From assembly GCA_040386535.1 (NCBI GenBank), contig JAZKFH010000065.1, positions 53,206 through 76,124 on the forward strand: a DNA stretch of 22,919 nt, given 5' to 3'. The translations under genes were made by a program, and so were the position numbers. The stretch is from Myxococcota bacterium (GTDB lineage Bacteria; Myxococcota_A; UBA796; SXON01). This document shows positions 10,944-19,402 of this stretch, piece after piece. How positions within the stretch are numbered: the first letter of the stretch is position 1; the number at the start of each line of letters is the position of its first letter. The notes beneath the pieces are model-generated. The model searched no databases. It had not been told where the DNA came from and worked only from the letters and a program-made list of their open reading frames with translations.

Positions 10944-12218
10944 CTACTCCATCATCGCGAGGATGGGCGGGGAGTCTGGCAGCTCCTGGGCCGGATCGAT
11001 ATCCCCGAGGGCCAGCAGCGTGGCGCCGAGGTGACTCGCCTGCACCGCGGTGCCCGAGTCGGTGAATTCGCCCGTGTTCAGGTCCATCCGCCGGCCGATG
11101 CCGTAATCGTCGCCGCCCCCGATGGAGAGGCCCCCGCGCACACCGCTTCCCATCAGCATCGCCGACGTGAACGTGAAGTGGTCCTTGCCCCCCCACGTGT
11201 TCAGCCGCGGCCCGCGGCCCATCTCGGAGAGCACCACCACCGTCACCTCGTCGAGGAGCGAGCCCCCCGCGGTGCCGGGCTCGGCCTCGAGCTTCTCCAT
11301 CAACTTGTTGAGGTGGGCGAACAGGCCCTCGAAGTGGTTGCTCTGAAAAGCGATGCCCGAGTGGGAGTCCCAACTCATCGACCACAGCCCGTCGTATTGC
11401 ACCATCGCGCAGCGGGCCGCGCCCATGCCGAGCGTGTTCACCGCCACCTCCATCGTGGCCCAGATCTCCAGGCCATCGGTCGGGACGCCGCCGCCACCGC
11501 GGAAGTTGAGCGTATCGGAGAGTTCGGCGAGCCGGTCGACCTGGCCGACCGTGCGCTCGAACAGCTCGGCGTAGCGTTGGGGGCGCCCGGCGCCGGCGGT
11601 GGCGCCGTAGGCGGTGGCACGGTCGCGCAGATAGGCCCGCACGGCAGCCTCGGACGCGGCGCCCGGGAGCGGCACCGTCTGGTCCGAGCGGATGAGGTTG
11701 CCGGACGTGGTGAGCAGGTCCGGGAGCTGGCCGGTGTTGCCGACGCGCACCACCTCGCTCACGTGGTCGTACGAGTAGGAGCTGCCCGAGAGCACCACGT
11801 ACGGGAGCAAGAGCTCGTTCGCCGAGTGGGCGGCCAACGTCGATCCCCAGTCGTCCTTGCCGTTGCCGCCGCTTCCCGTCAGGAGGAGGCGCAGGCACCG
11901 ATCGTGCGTGATCGATTGGATCTCGAAGCCGTTGATGACACAGCTCTTGTGGCCCCAGTCCTCGAAGAAGCTCCGCACGTTGGGGCGGTCCGCGTGGTCG
12001 ACGAACGGGATGCCGTTGGCGATGGCGGACGTGGCGTCCGACTCCGTGTCGACGTAGGGCTTGTCGAATTGGGGGGCGAACACGTAGCTCGGGTCCCATC
12101 CGCCCTTGCAGAGCACGAACAGGAACTTTCGCTCCACGCCCCCGTCCGCGCGGGCCGGGCGGGCGCCCAATGCCATCATGGCGGCGGAGAGGGAGAGGAA
12201 GGTGCGTCGGTTCAGCAT
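10944..12218 (-). CDS. DUF1501-family Tat-exported protein (424 aa)
   Basis: Tat signal MLNRRTFL; motifs FVLCKGGWDP, WDSH, VLSEMGRGP, GKDH, GSGVRGG. Confidence 0.88.
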   Translation of the reverse strand: MLNRRTFLSLSAAMMALGARPARADGGVERKFLFVLCKGGWDPSYVFAPQFDKPYVDTESDATSAIANGIPFVDHADRPNVRSFFEDWGHKSCVINGFEIQSITHDRCLRLLLTGSGGNGKDDWGSTLAAHSANELLLPYVVLSGSSYSYDHVSEVVRVGNTGQLPDLLTTSGNLIRSDQTVPLPGAASEAAVRAYLRDRATAYGATAGAGRPQRYAELFERTVGQVDRLAELSDTLNFRGGGGVPTDGLEIWATMEVAVNTLGMGAARCAMVQYDGLWSMSWDSHSGIAFQSNHFEGLFAHLNKLMEKLEAEPGTAGGSLLDEVTVVVLSEMGRGPRLNTWGGKDHFTFTSAMLMGSGVRGGLSIGGGDDYGIGRRMDLNTGEFTDSGTAVQASHLGATLLALGDIDPAQELPDSPPILAMME

Positions 12219-13849
12219 CAGTAGCTCAGGAACTCGGGGTGCTGGAGCAGTGCGGCGAGTACGCCCTTCCACGCGCCCGTGGGCCCGCCGGTGGGCTCGA
12301 GCGCCGACCACAGCGTGGTGAGCGCAAGCAGATCGTCGGCCGTGGCCCGGCGCGCGAGCAGCCGCCAGTGGAGGGCCGCCAGCTCCGCTTGGAACTCGGC
12401 GCTGTCGGGGGTGGATTCCAACGTGACGGATTGGAGGAGCTGCCGCGGGCTCGTGCCAGCGACCAGGTCGTGCTGGACGGCCGTGTGCGCCGCCGCCTCG
12501 GCCGCGCGCGACGAGACCAGCGACCACGTGATGGTCGGGTCCTGCGCCATCCGTGTCACGTGCTCGCCGTCGACCCCGTTCGCCAGCATGCGGTATCCGA
12601 ACGTGTCGTTGTGGAGCTGATCGAAGCCGAACGACATCCAGGTCCACCCGGTGAGGTCCTCGATGACTCCGCCGAGCAGGTCGGGCGAGAGCAGGCGCAC
12701 CGTGATCTCCCGCGCGGCGACATCGACCGGCGCATCCGCCGTGACCGCCCCGGCGCGGTACTCTGGGCCGTCCGTCAAATCGCGCAGCAGCACCGGCATG
12801 CGCATGTCCGCCGCCACGAACGCGGCCTCGAGCGCCTCGATCCGCGGCTGATCTTCGAGCACCGTGTCCCGCCGCCACATCGCGGTCGCCATCGTGCGGG
12901 CGGCGCATTCGGGGAAGCGGCCGTCCTCCGCGATGTGGCGGCCGAGGTCTTCGAGCCCGACCACCGGCTCGCCGAACCACGCGGGGGCGGCGCCGAGCGT
13001 GTCGATGCCGAGCTGCTCGCGCTCGGCGTGGTACCGCACCATCTCGGTGGGGCTGTTCTGGCGGAACCACCAGAAGCCGAAGAGCGCGGACGCGGCCGGC
13101 TCGATCGTCGCGTGGCAGGCCACACAGTAAGGATCGTCCTTGATGCGTGTATCCGACTCCTCGGCCTCGAACCCCGCGGACGCGTCGGCGAAGCTCACCG
13201 GGCGCGCGTGGAAGTCCTCACACACCAACAAGCGGAACATCGCCGCGGCGCGCGTGCGGTTCTGGTTGAACGGATTGGTGGAATAGCGCCACCACAGCCC
13301 GTTCGAGACCAACACGCCGGCGGGCGGGCGCCCGTCGGTCCACTGGGAAACCTGCCATCCCGTGCCGCCCTCGGGGTACGCGACCGGCCACATGCCCGCG
13401 AGGAGCTCGTCCGACAGCATGTAGTCGGCGGTGACGATCTCGGTCCACGGGCGATCGTGCGTAGCAACGTACGCAAGCAGCCTCAGCGGCTCCTCCCCGA
13501 TCGACCGTTCGAAGCGGAATTCGTCCTCCGACGTGAGCCCGAAGTCGTACCAATCCGCCGCGAATTGGTCGACGAGCGTGTGCCACTGCTCCGAGAACAG
13601 CGCCACGAGCCGGCCCTCCAGGCGCGGGTCCTGGAGGAACGTGTCGCGCAGCACGTCGACCTGGGTCGCGTCCGCCTCGACAGCGTCGAGCTCCGCGACG
13701 GTCGGCAGCACCCCGCGCAGGTCCAGGCTCATGCGACGGAGCAGCCGCGGCGCGTCGAGCGGCACGAAGGGCGACGCCACCTCGGTCACGACGGGGGGCT
13801 CGGCCACGTCGGGCGCGCACGCCAGCATCAGGAGCAGCGCGGTCACCAT
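12218..13849 (-). CDS. DUF1585/DUF1588/DUF1549-like (PSD/PSCyt-type) lipoprotein with one CxxCH, 543 aa
   Basis: LLLMLAC lipobox; RLLRRMSLDLRGVLPT; CVACH; C-terminal LLQHPEFLSY; typical partner upstream of DUF1501; stop overlaps next start. Confidence 0.8.
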   Translation of the reverse strand: MVTALLLMLACAPDVAEPPVVTEVASPFVPLDAPRLLRRMSLDLRGVLPTVAELDAVEADATQVDVLRDTFLQDPRLEGRLVALFSEQWHTLVDQFAADWYDFGLTSEDEFRFERSIGEEPLRLLAYVATHDRPWTEIVTADYMLSDELLAGMWPVAYPEGGTGWQVSQWTDGRPPAGVLVSNGLWWRYSTNPFNQNRTRAAAMFRLLVCEDFHARPVSFADASAGFEAEESDTRIKDDPYCVACHATIEPAASALFGFWWFRQNSPTEMVRYHAEREQLGIDTLGAAPAWFGEPVVGLEDLGRHIAEDGRFPECAARTMATAMWRRDTVLEDQPRIEALEAAFVAADMRMPVLLRDLTDGPEYRAGAVTADAPVDVAAREITVRLLSPDLLGGVIEDLTGWTWMSFGFDQLHNDTFGYRMLANGVDGEHVTRMAQDPTITWSLVSSRAAEAAAHTAVQHDLVAGTSPRQLLQSVTLESTPDSAEFQAELAALHWRLLARRATADDLLALTTLWSALEPTGGPTGAWKGVLAALLQHPEFLSY

Positions 13850-14736
13850 GTGCCCAGGTCCTCGATGGTGGCCTTGTAGACGCCGAGGTCGAGGCACGCC
13901 TCGCTTGTCTCCCCCAGCAGGTCGATCGTGTAGGTGCCACACCCGTCACACCGGTCGCCGTAGTCCAACGTGGACCACACCCCGCTGGGATCGCGCATCC
14001 GCACGCTCCCGCTCGGATATCCGCCACAAGTCGCGGCCCACGACACGTCCATGAATTGGACGTACATCTCGCCCACACCCACGGTGCCGGTGAGTGACAC
14101 GTTGTCGTCGGCCGTGGCGGCCGCCCCTCGGAAGGTCAACGTGCCGCTCATGCCGAGGCCGAACGCGTCGTCCCGCTTGTCGTGCACCCAGGAGCCCGCG
14201 GCCTCGCCCATCCACACTGTCTGGCCGTTCGCCTCGCGCGACCAGCTGTAGGTCATCGCCCCCCCGCCCGCGAGGATGTACCCCTCGGGATCGCGGATCT
14301 CGAAGTCCCCGCCGAGCGAGTAGCCCTCCATCTCGCGGGAGGGGTCGGTCGAGCTGAAGCGCAGCAGCGTCGTGTTGCCGGCGTAATGGTAGCCCGACGC
14401 GGACGTACACCCGTCGATCGGCATGTCCTGGCCGATGAGGTGCTCGCCTGCGTTGGGGCAGGTCTCGTCCCGCCCTCCGAGCAGCTCCACGTACGCTTCC
14501 ACCGGGATGCGCGGATCGGGAAAACCGAGCGCCATCCCGGCCTCGACGTGCGCGATCGTCTCCTCGACGGTCCAGTCGGGGTCGGCCACGAACGGGTCGA
14601 GCAGGTCGGCATCGGCGGTGTCGTAGGTGGCGGCGGCGGCGGGCCCATCCGCCGGCGTATCGGGCCCGCAGGCGGACAATCCCCCGCCCGCCAGCAGCGC
14701 GGCGCCGACCCCCAGGATGGTTCCGGACCTCCACAT
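13843..14736 (-). CDS. Hypothetical lipoprotein (297 aa) with several cysteines
   Basis: Signal peptide ending GLSAC; acidic beta-rich body; stop overlaps next ATG (ATGGTGA). Confidence 0.8.
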   Translation of the reverse strand: MWRSGTILGVGAALLAGGGLSACGPDTPADGPAAAATYDTADADLLDPFVADPDWTVEETIAHVEAGMALGFPDPRIPVEAYVELLGGRDETCPNAGEHLIGQDMPIDGCTSASGYHYAGNTTLLRFSSTDPSREMEGYSLGGDFEIRDPEGYILAGGGAMTYSWSREANGQTVWMGEAAGSWVHDKRDDAFGLGMSGTLTFRGAAATADDNVSLTGTVGVGEMYVQFMDVSWAATCGGYPSGSVRMRDPSGVWSTLDYGDRCDGCGTYTIDLLGETSEACLDLGVYKATIEDLGTW

Positions 14737-14805
14737 GCGCTGGCGTACCTCGAAGAGCTGGAGTGTAGCGCGGCCGGAACGGCGATGGCAACTCCAGAAG
14801 CCGGG

Positions 14806-14911
14806 CTCTTGGGGGGGGGCGCTTGTTCTTGGGGCGGGGGCGCGTGTTCTTGGGGCGGGGGCGCTGCCCCCGCAACGCCCCCGCCAGGGGGCCGCGGGCC
14901 CCCTGGACCCC
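14806..14911. repeat. Three ~21-bp G-rich tandem repeats followed by a REP-like double hairpin
   Basis: TTCTTGGGGCGGGGGCGC units; hairpins GGGGG-CGCTG-CCCCC (14857-14871) and CCAGGGGGCC-GCG-GGCCCCCTGG (14884-14906). Confidence 0.75.
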
Positions 14912-14986
14912 GCGGTCGCGTGCTGGGCTGGCGTTAGCGCGCGCACCACATTCGGGCGACGACCTCGACAGCACGCCGCCCCCCCC

Positions 14987-17803
14987 TCACCACTCCGTGT
15001 ACGTGACCGCAATCCCTGTGACCGTGCCCATGTCGGCGTCGGTCCAACTGTTGACCACGCTACCCGACGTGTCCAGTTGCCACACGGTGTTGGACGAGGT
15101 GACGAAGTAGGTGTTCGACACGTCGTCGTACCAGAGGTCGCCCTGGCCACCGCTGAACGTCGCGAACGTTCCCAGGTTTGCGCCCGTCCCGTCGTCGTAT
15201 TCGTAGAGGTAGGCCGAGTCGGCGTCCGCCACGAAGAAGTTGCCGTTGTGCCCGCGGGTGATCGCGCGGCTCCGCGTGGCGAGGGCGGTGGAGACGAGCG
15301 AGGAGGTGGCCGTGGTCGACGAGATGTCGTAACGGACGATGGTGCCGGAGAAGTACCCGGCCACCCAAACCTCGTCACCCTCCACGTGCAGGCCCAGGAC
15401 CGTCGTGGTGCCCGAGTACCGGAAGGAGCTGACGAGCGCGCCCGTGTCGACGTCGTAGCGGTAGGTCGAACCGCTGCCCGCGGTATCGCCCGTGACCAGG
15501 AGCTCCCCGTCACTGTAGCGGAGGTTGCCCGGGCCGTAGGAGCCGTACGGACCGGCCAGGAACTGGTCGACGTACGTGCCGTCGGTGCCGAACCGGACCA
15601 CGCCCCGCACCGTTCCGCTGCTGGCCTGCTGTTGTGCCACGTAGAGATACCCGTCGTCGTCCAGCGCAATCCCCCGCGGGGTCCCGAGCCGCGAGTCCGT
15701 GAACAGGAGCTCCATCGTGTCCGCGCCCACGTCGACGCGCCAGACGCTGTTGGTCCCGTAGTCCGACACGTAGACCCACGGCCCCCCACCGCTGACCGTG
15801 ACGCTGTCCGACGCGCTCGCGCCCGCGTCCCTGCCGTCGTCCGCGGTGACCGCGCACACCCACACCTCGCCCGCGCTCGTGGCCGAGTCGGGCACGGTGA
15901 CACGGGTGTCGGTCGAGCTCGTGGCGCCGGTGTAGGCGACGCCGTCCGCCGTCCACTCGAACGTGTAGGTCACGCTGTCACCGTCCGCGTCCGTCGCGGC
16001 GGAGACGCTGCACAGGAGGTCGTCCTCGTCGCCCGGGGCGCTCGGCGTAATCGAAACGGCCGGCGCGCCGGGCGGCGTGTTCAGCACCGTCACGGACGCG
16101 GAGCTCTCCGCGGTGCCATCGGACGCGCCGTCATTAGGAGTCACCGTGACGGAGACCTCGTCGTCGCGCTCGAACCAAATCGCGCCGGAGAGCGTGCTCC
16201 CGGTGGCAGCGATCGCCGCCCCGTTCACCGTCCACGCGTACGTGTAGGAGAGCGAGTCGCCGTCGGCGTCTCCGGCGGTGACCGCCGCCGTCAGCGTGCT
16301 GTTGGTGTACACGGAGCCCGGGTTCAGGCTCACCGCGCTCACGACGGGCGCGGTGTTCCCAACTGTCACCCCTTCACTCATCACCGCCGCGCCCGCTTCG
16401 GTGCCGTCGTGGGGGGTCACCTCGAGGTACACGGTGTCACCCTTGTCGAAGGAGGCGCCGTCCAGCGTCGCGGCTCCGCTCACCCAGGTCCCGTCGACAT
16501 ACCAGGCGTACGTATAGGAGATGTCGTCGCCGTCGGCGTCGTTGCCGAGGATGGACGCGCTCAGCGTGTCGGCCGTGTACACCGTGCTCGGGGAGAGGCT
16601 CACGACCGTGACGACCGGCGGCGTGTTCACGGCGGTCGCGACGTCGCTCGTCACCGGCGCGCCCGCCTCGGCGTGGTCGTGGGGCGTCACCTCCACATAC
16701 ACGGTGTCCCCCTTGGCGAACCACGTGCCGTCGAGGGTCTCCGCGTCGCTCACCCAGACGCCATCCACGTACCAGTCGTAGGTGTAGGAAATCTCGTCGC
16801 CGTCGGTGTCATGGGCGCCGCTCACCGAAACCGAGAGGGTGTCGGCCTCGACCGGGCTCGTGGTCGAGAGCGTCGCCGCGTCGATGGAGGGCGCGGTGTT
16901 GAGCACCGTCGTCGTCTCGCTCGACAGGGGCGCCCCCTCGTCGACGCCGTCGGTGGGGGTCACCGTGCACGAGAGCGTGTCCCCCGACACGAAGCCGGAC
17001 AGCGTCGGCGTCGCCGCGACGTAGGCGCCGTTGCGGTACCAGGCGTAGGTGTACCCCTCGGCGTCGTCGTCATCGTCTACCCAGCCCGAGGGCACGCACG
17101 CCACCTCGGTGCCGGCCCGTACCTCCGCCGGATCGAGCACGACGGACGTGATCGCGGGGAGGCTGTTCCCCACCGTCACGTCGAACGAGACAGGCTCCCC
17201 CTGCTCCTCTCCGTCATCGGGCATCACGGTGACCGTCCACGTCTCGCCCCGCGTGGTCGCATCCGCCGGGATCGTCTCCCCGGTGTAGCCCGCGCCCACG
17301 CCGTCCACCGACCACAGGTACGTGAACGCGACGCTGTCGCCGTCGGCGTCCCCGGCGGACGCGATGACCACGAGGTCGTCCACCGTCAGCGGCGCCTCGG
17401 GCGTCACCACCACCGTCGCCATCGGCGCGGTGTTCCGGATGGTGACCTCCGCCTCGGCGGGGGGCCCGTCAAGCGCCCCGTCGTTCGCGACGACCACCAC
17501 GCGCCAGGCTTCTCCCTTCGCGGTGACATCGGCGGGCACGGTGTCACCGACCTGGTCGTCCACCAGCGCACCGTCCCTGAACCAGAGGTAGTTGTAGGTC
17601 ACCGTGTCCCCGTCGGGGTCCCCGGCGTTGGAGAGCACGACCACCCGCAGGTCGTCTTCGGTGGTGGCCGAGCCCGGCGAAAGCTCGATGACGGGCGCGC
17701 CAGGCGCCTCGTTCGTGCCGGGCGCGCCGGTGTCGTCGACGGGCTTGTCGGAGGGGCCGTCGCAGGCGGCAAACGCGAGGAGGAGCAGGGCGGGGGTGCG
17801 CAT
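14987..17803 (-). CDS. Surface lipoprotein with seven ~90-aa Ig-like repeats and a C-terminal beta-propeller (938 aa)
   Basis: LAFAAC lipobox; seven repeats N(T/E/S)xP...DxDGD...Y.W...G...VTP.DG; then NHL-like blades (VYVSD, PRGIALDDDGYLYVA, GNFFVAD). Confidence 0.9.
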   Translation of the reverse strand: MRTPALLLLAFAACDGPSDKPVDDTGAPGTNEAPGAPVIELSPGSATTEDDLRVVVLSNAGDPDGDTVTYNYLWFRDGALVDDQVGDTVPADVTAKGEAWRVVVVANDGALDGPPAEAEVTIRNTAPMATVVVTPEAPLTVDDLVVIASAGDADGDSVAFTYLWSVDGVGAGYTGETIPADATTRGETWTVTVMPDDGEEQGEPVSFDVTVGNSLPAITSVVLDPAEVRAGTEVACVPSGWVDDDDDAEGYTYAWYRNGAYVAATPTLSGFVSGDTLSCTVTPTDGVDEGAPLSSETTTVLNTAPSIDAATLSTTSPVEADTLSVSVSGAHDTDGDEISYTYDWYVDGVWVSDAETLDGTWFAKGDTVYVEVTPHDHAEAGAPVTSDVATAVNTPPVVTVVSLSPSTVYTADTLSASILGNDADGDDISYTYAWYVDGTWVSGAATLDGASFDKGDTVYLEVTPHDGTEAGAAVMSEGVTVGNTAPVVSAVSLNPGSVYTNSTLTAAVTAGDADGDSLSYTYAWTVNGAAIAATGSTLSGAIWFERDDEVSVTVTPNDGASDGTAESSASVTVLNTPPGAPAVSITPSAPGDEDDLLCSVSAATDADGDSVTYTFEWTADGVAYTGATSSTDTRVTVPDSATSAGEVWVCAVTADDGRDAGASASDSVTVSGGGPWVYVSDYGTNSVWRVDVGADTMELLFTDSRLGTPRGIALDDDGYLYVAQQQASSGTVRGVVRFGTDGTYVDQFLAGPYGSYGPGNLRYSDGELLVTGDTAGSGSTYRYDVDTGALVSSFRYSGTTTVLGLHVEGDEVWVAGYFSGTIVRYDISSTTATSSLVSTALATRSRAITRGHNGNFFVADADSAYLYEYDDGTGANLGTFATFSGGQGDLWYDDVSNTYFVTSSNTVWQLDTSGSVVNSWTDADMGTVTGIAVTYTEW

Positions 17804-17872
17804 GGCGGGCCCCGTACCACGGGCGGACGCGGATTTGCAGGGGGCGGAGCCGATGCTGTCCGTGTCCGCGCG

Positions 17873-18289
17873 CTACTCGCGCCAGGATCGAATCTCGAGT
17901 CCGTCGAAGTGCTTGAAGTCGTCGTGATTCGCGGTGACGACCACGAGCCCCTGGGTCCGTGCGATGGCGGCGATCTGGCCGTCGGGAAAGGACGGAGTGA
18001 GGCCGGCGGCGACAAGTCTTGCTCGCTCCCGTCCGTGCCACTCTGCCGCTGCGACATCGTATGGGAGAACGGGGAGCGAAGTCCGCACCACGCCGTGCAG
18101 GTAGTCATGAAGCACGTCTCTACGGCGCCCGCTTGGCAGGCGGCTGAGTCCGTAGACCGCCTCGTGCCAGGTGACGGAGGCGATGGCGCACTCGTCCCGG
18201 TGTGCGCTCAGAAGCTCCAGGAAGCGGGGGTCCGGCTTCGGGCGAATGGGCTCGGAGAGCGCGTTGGTATCGAGCAAGAAACGAATCAT
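17873..18289 (-). CDS. vapC: PIN-domain type II toxin (VapC/FitB-like), 138 aa
   Basis: FLLDTNALSE, SVTWHE, DGQIAAIA, VVVTANHDDF; start overlaps antitoxin stop. Confidence 0.95.
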   Translation of the reverse strand: MIRFLLDTNALSEPIRPKPDPRFLELLSAHRDECAIASVTWHEAVYGLSRLPSGRRRDVLHDYLHGVVRTSLPVLPYDVAAAEWHGRERARLVAAGLTPSFPDGQIAAIARTQGLVVVTANHDDFKHFDGLEIRSWRE

Positions 18290-18564
18290 CCCCAGTCGAC
18301 CTCCCGACCAGGGGAACGGTCGCGCGTGTCGTCGAGGGCGTGCCCGAGGTCAAGCTCCGCCAGCTCGTTGCGCGCCCGGAAGTCGACGAGCGCTCCGAGG
18401 AAGTCGGTCCGCCCGGCCGTCAGGCGGTCATACTCGGCAACGGAGATGAGCACAGCCACAGGCTTCCCCCTGCGGGTAAGTGAAACCCGCCCGCCTTGCT
18501 CAGCGTCGTGTACGAGCGAGGGAAGCTGGTCACGGGCTTCGGCGATCGAGTAGGCGCGCGGCAT
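18286..18564 (-). CDS. Phd/YefM-family antitoxin, 92 aa
   Basis: YSIAEARDQLPSLVHDAEQGGRVSLTRRGKPVAVLISVAEY is the Phd/YefM pattern; coupled to the PIN toxin. Confidence 0.94.
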   Translation of the reverse strand: MPRAYSIAEARDQLPSLVHDAEQGGRVSLTRRGKPVAVLISVAEYDRLTAGRTDFLGALVDFRARNELAELDLGHALDDTRDRSPGREVDWG

Positions 18565-18576
18565 GACGGCTCCAGG

Positions 18577-18597
18577 ATGTACATCATCATAGCCATC
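18577..18597 (-). promoter_or_regulatory. Toxin-antitoxin promoter/operator: GATGTACATC palindrome plus degenerate ATGGCTAT site overlapping a TATGAT -10
   Basis: Minus strand reads GATGGCTATGATGATGTACATC just upstream of the antitoxin ATG. TGTACA is the known operator core of yefM-yoeB and phd-doc. Confidence 0.7.
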
Positions 18598-18730
18598 GGC
18601 TGGGGCTTCAGCAACCAGTGCTTCGAGGGTCTTCGACGCGCGCGCCATCTTGGCCGCCGTCCCCCTCGGCGTCTTCCATGAGGAGGCGCACGTCTTGGGG
18701 CACATCGCAAGGGCCTGGCGATCCCTGCCA

Positions 18731-19063
18731 CGTGGTCGACCACCCGAGAGGGAAGGTCCCGACCCTTTGCGGCCGTGGTCGACCACGCGAGACGCGGGGT
18801 CCCGACCTTCCGGGGCACGTGGTCGACCCCCCGAGAGGCAGGGTCCCGACCCCTTGCGGCCATGGTCGACCCCCCGAGAGGCAGGGTCCCGACCCTTTGC
18901 GGCCGTGGTGGATCCCCCGAGAGGCGGGGGTCCCGACCCCTTGCGGCTGCGATCGACCCCCCGAGAGGCGGGGTCCCGACCCTTCACGGCCGTGCTCGCC
19001 CCCCCGAGAGGCAGGGTCCCGACCCTTTGCGGCCGTCGTCGACCACCCGAGAGGCAGGGCCCG
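18731..19063. repeat. Degenerate tandem array of ~7.7 copies of a 43-44-bp unit
   Basis: Units start at 18731, 18774, 18818, 18861, 18904, 18948, 18991 and 19034; consensus CGTGGTCGACCCCCCGAGAGGCAGGGTCCCGACCCTTTGCGGC. Confidence 0.95.
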
Positions 19064-19194
19064 GGCTTCTCTGGTGCGCCCGCTTCGCGCACCCGTGCGT
19101 GACCACACGGTCGCATTGGCGGCGTTCACCTTGGCGCGCGCCGAGTCATGGGGGTCCACTCGCTCGCAGCGAACCTCACTCTACGCGCCGCCTG

Positions 19195-19280
19195 CGTTGT
19201 TCCGGAACGGTTTGATACGCCGCTCCGTGTTGGCCACCTCGCCAAGGTTCGACGGGAGATGGCGTCCTGTCGCAACAACG
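19195..19280 (+). repeat. Dispersed structured repeat, copy 1
   Basis: Aligns with 21191-21280; shared identical 21-mer ACGGGAGATGGCGTCCTGTCG at 19252-19272; ends CGTTGTT/AACAACG are complementary. Confidence 0.85.
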
Positions 19281-19402
19281 AGCAGTCATCTGGCAGGACT
19301 CGATTTCGCGTGGAGCGTATACTGGGCGGAGGCCGAATTCCCCGAGCGTCGGCACGGGAGGATAGGGCGGGAGCGCCCAATACGGGCGTGGAGGGGGTGG
19401 AG

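Noticed and set aside
14627..18553. 1308-aa + strand ORF
   Set aside because: Antisense shadow of the Ig-like lipoprotein and TA genes; Arg/Val/Gly-rich with no motifs, typical of high-GC DNA.
18731..19063. CRISPR array
   Set aside because: Units are contiguous and similar along their full length, with no unique spacers and no cas genes.
19195..19280. Canonical integron attC
   Set aside because: Lacks the RYYYAAC...GTTRRRY arrangement, and there is no intI in the window.
19252..19300. Fluoride riboswitch (GGAGATGGC start)
   Set aside because: No pairing CTCC segment and no downstream GCTGATGAYGCC, and no crcB/eriC gene follows.
18565..19402. Overlapping ORFs across the tandem array, including extensions of the antitoxin and nuclease ORFs
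   Set aside because: Low-complexity translations of a GC-rich repeat with a non-triplet period.
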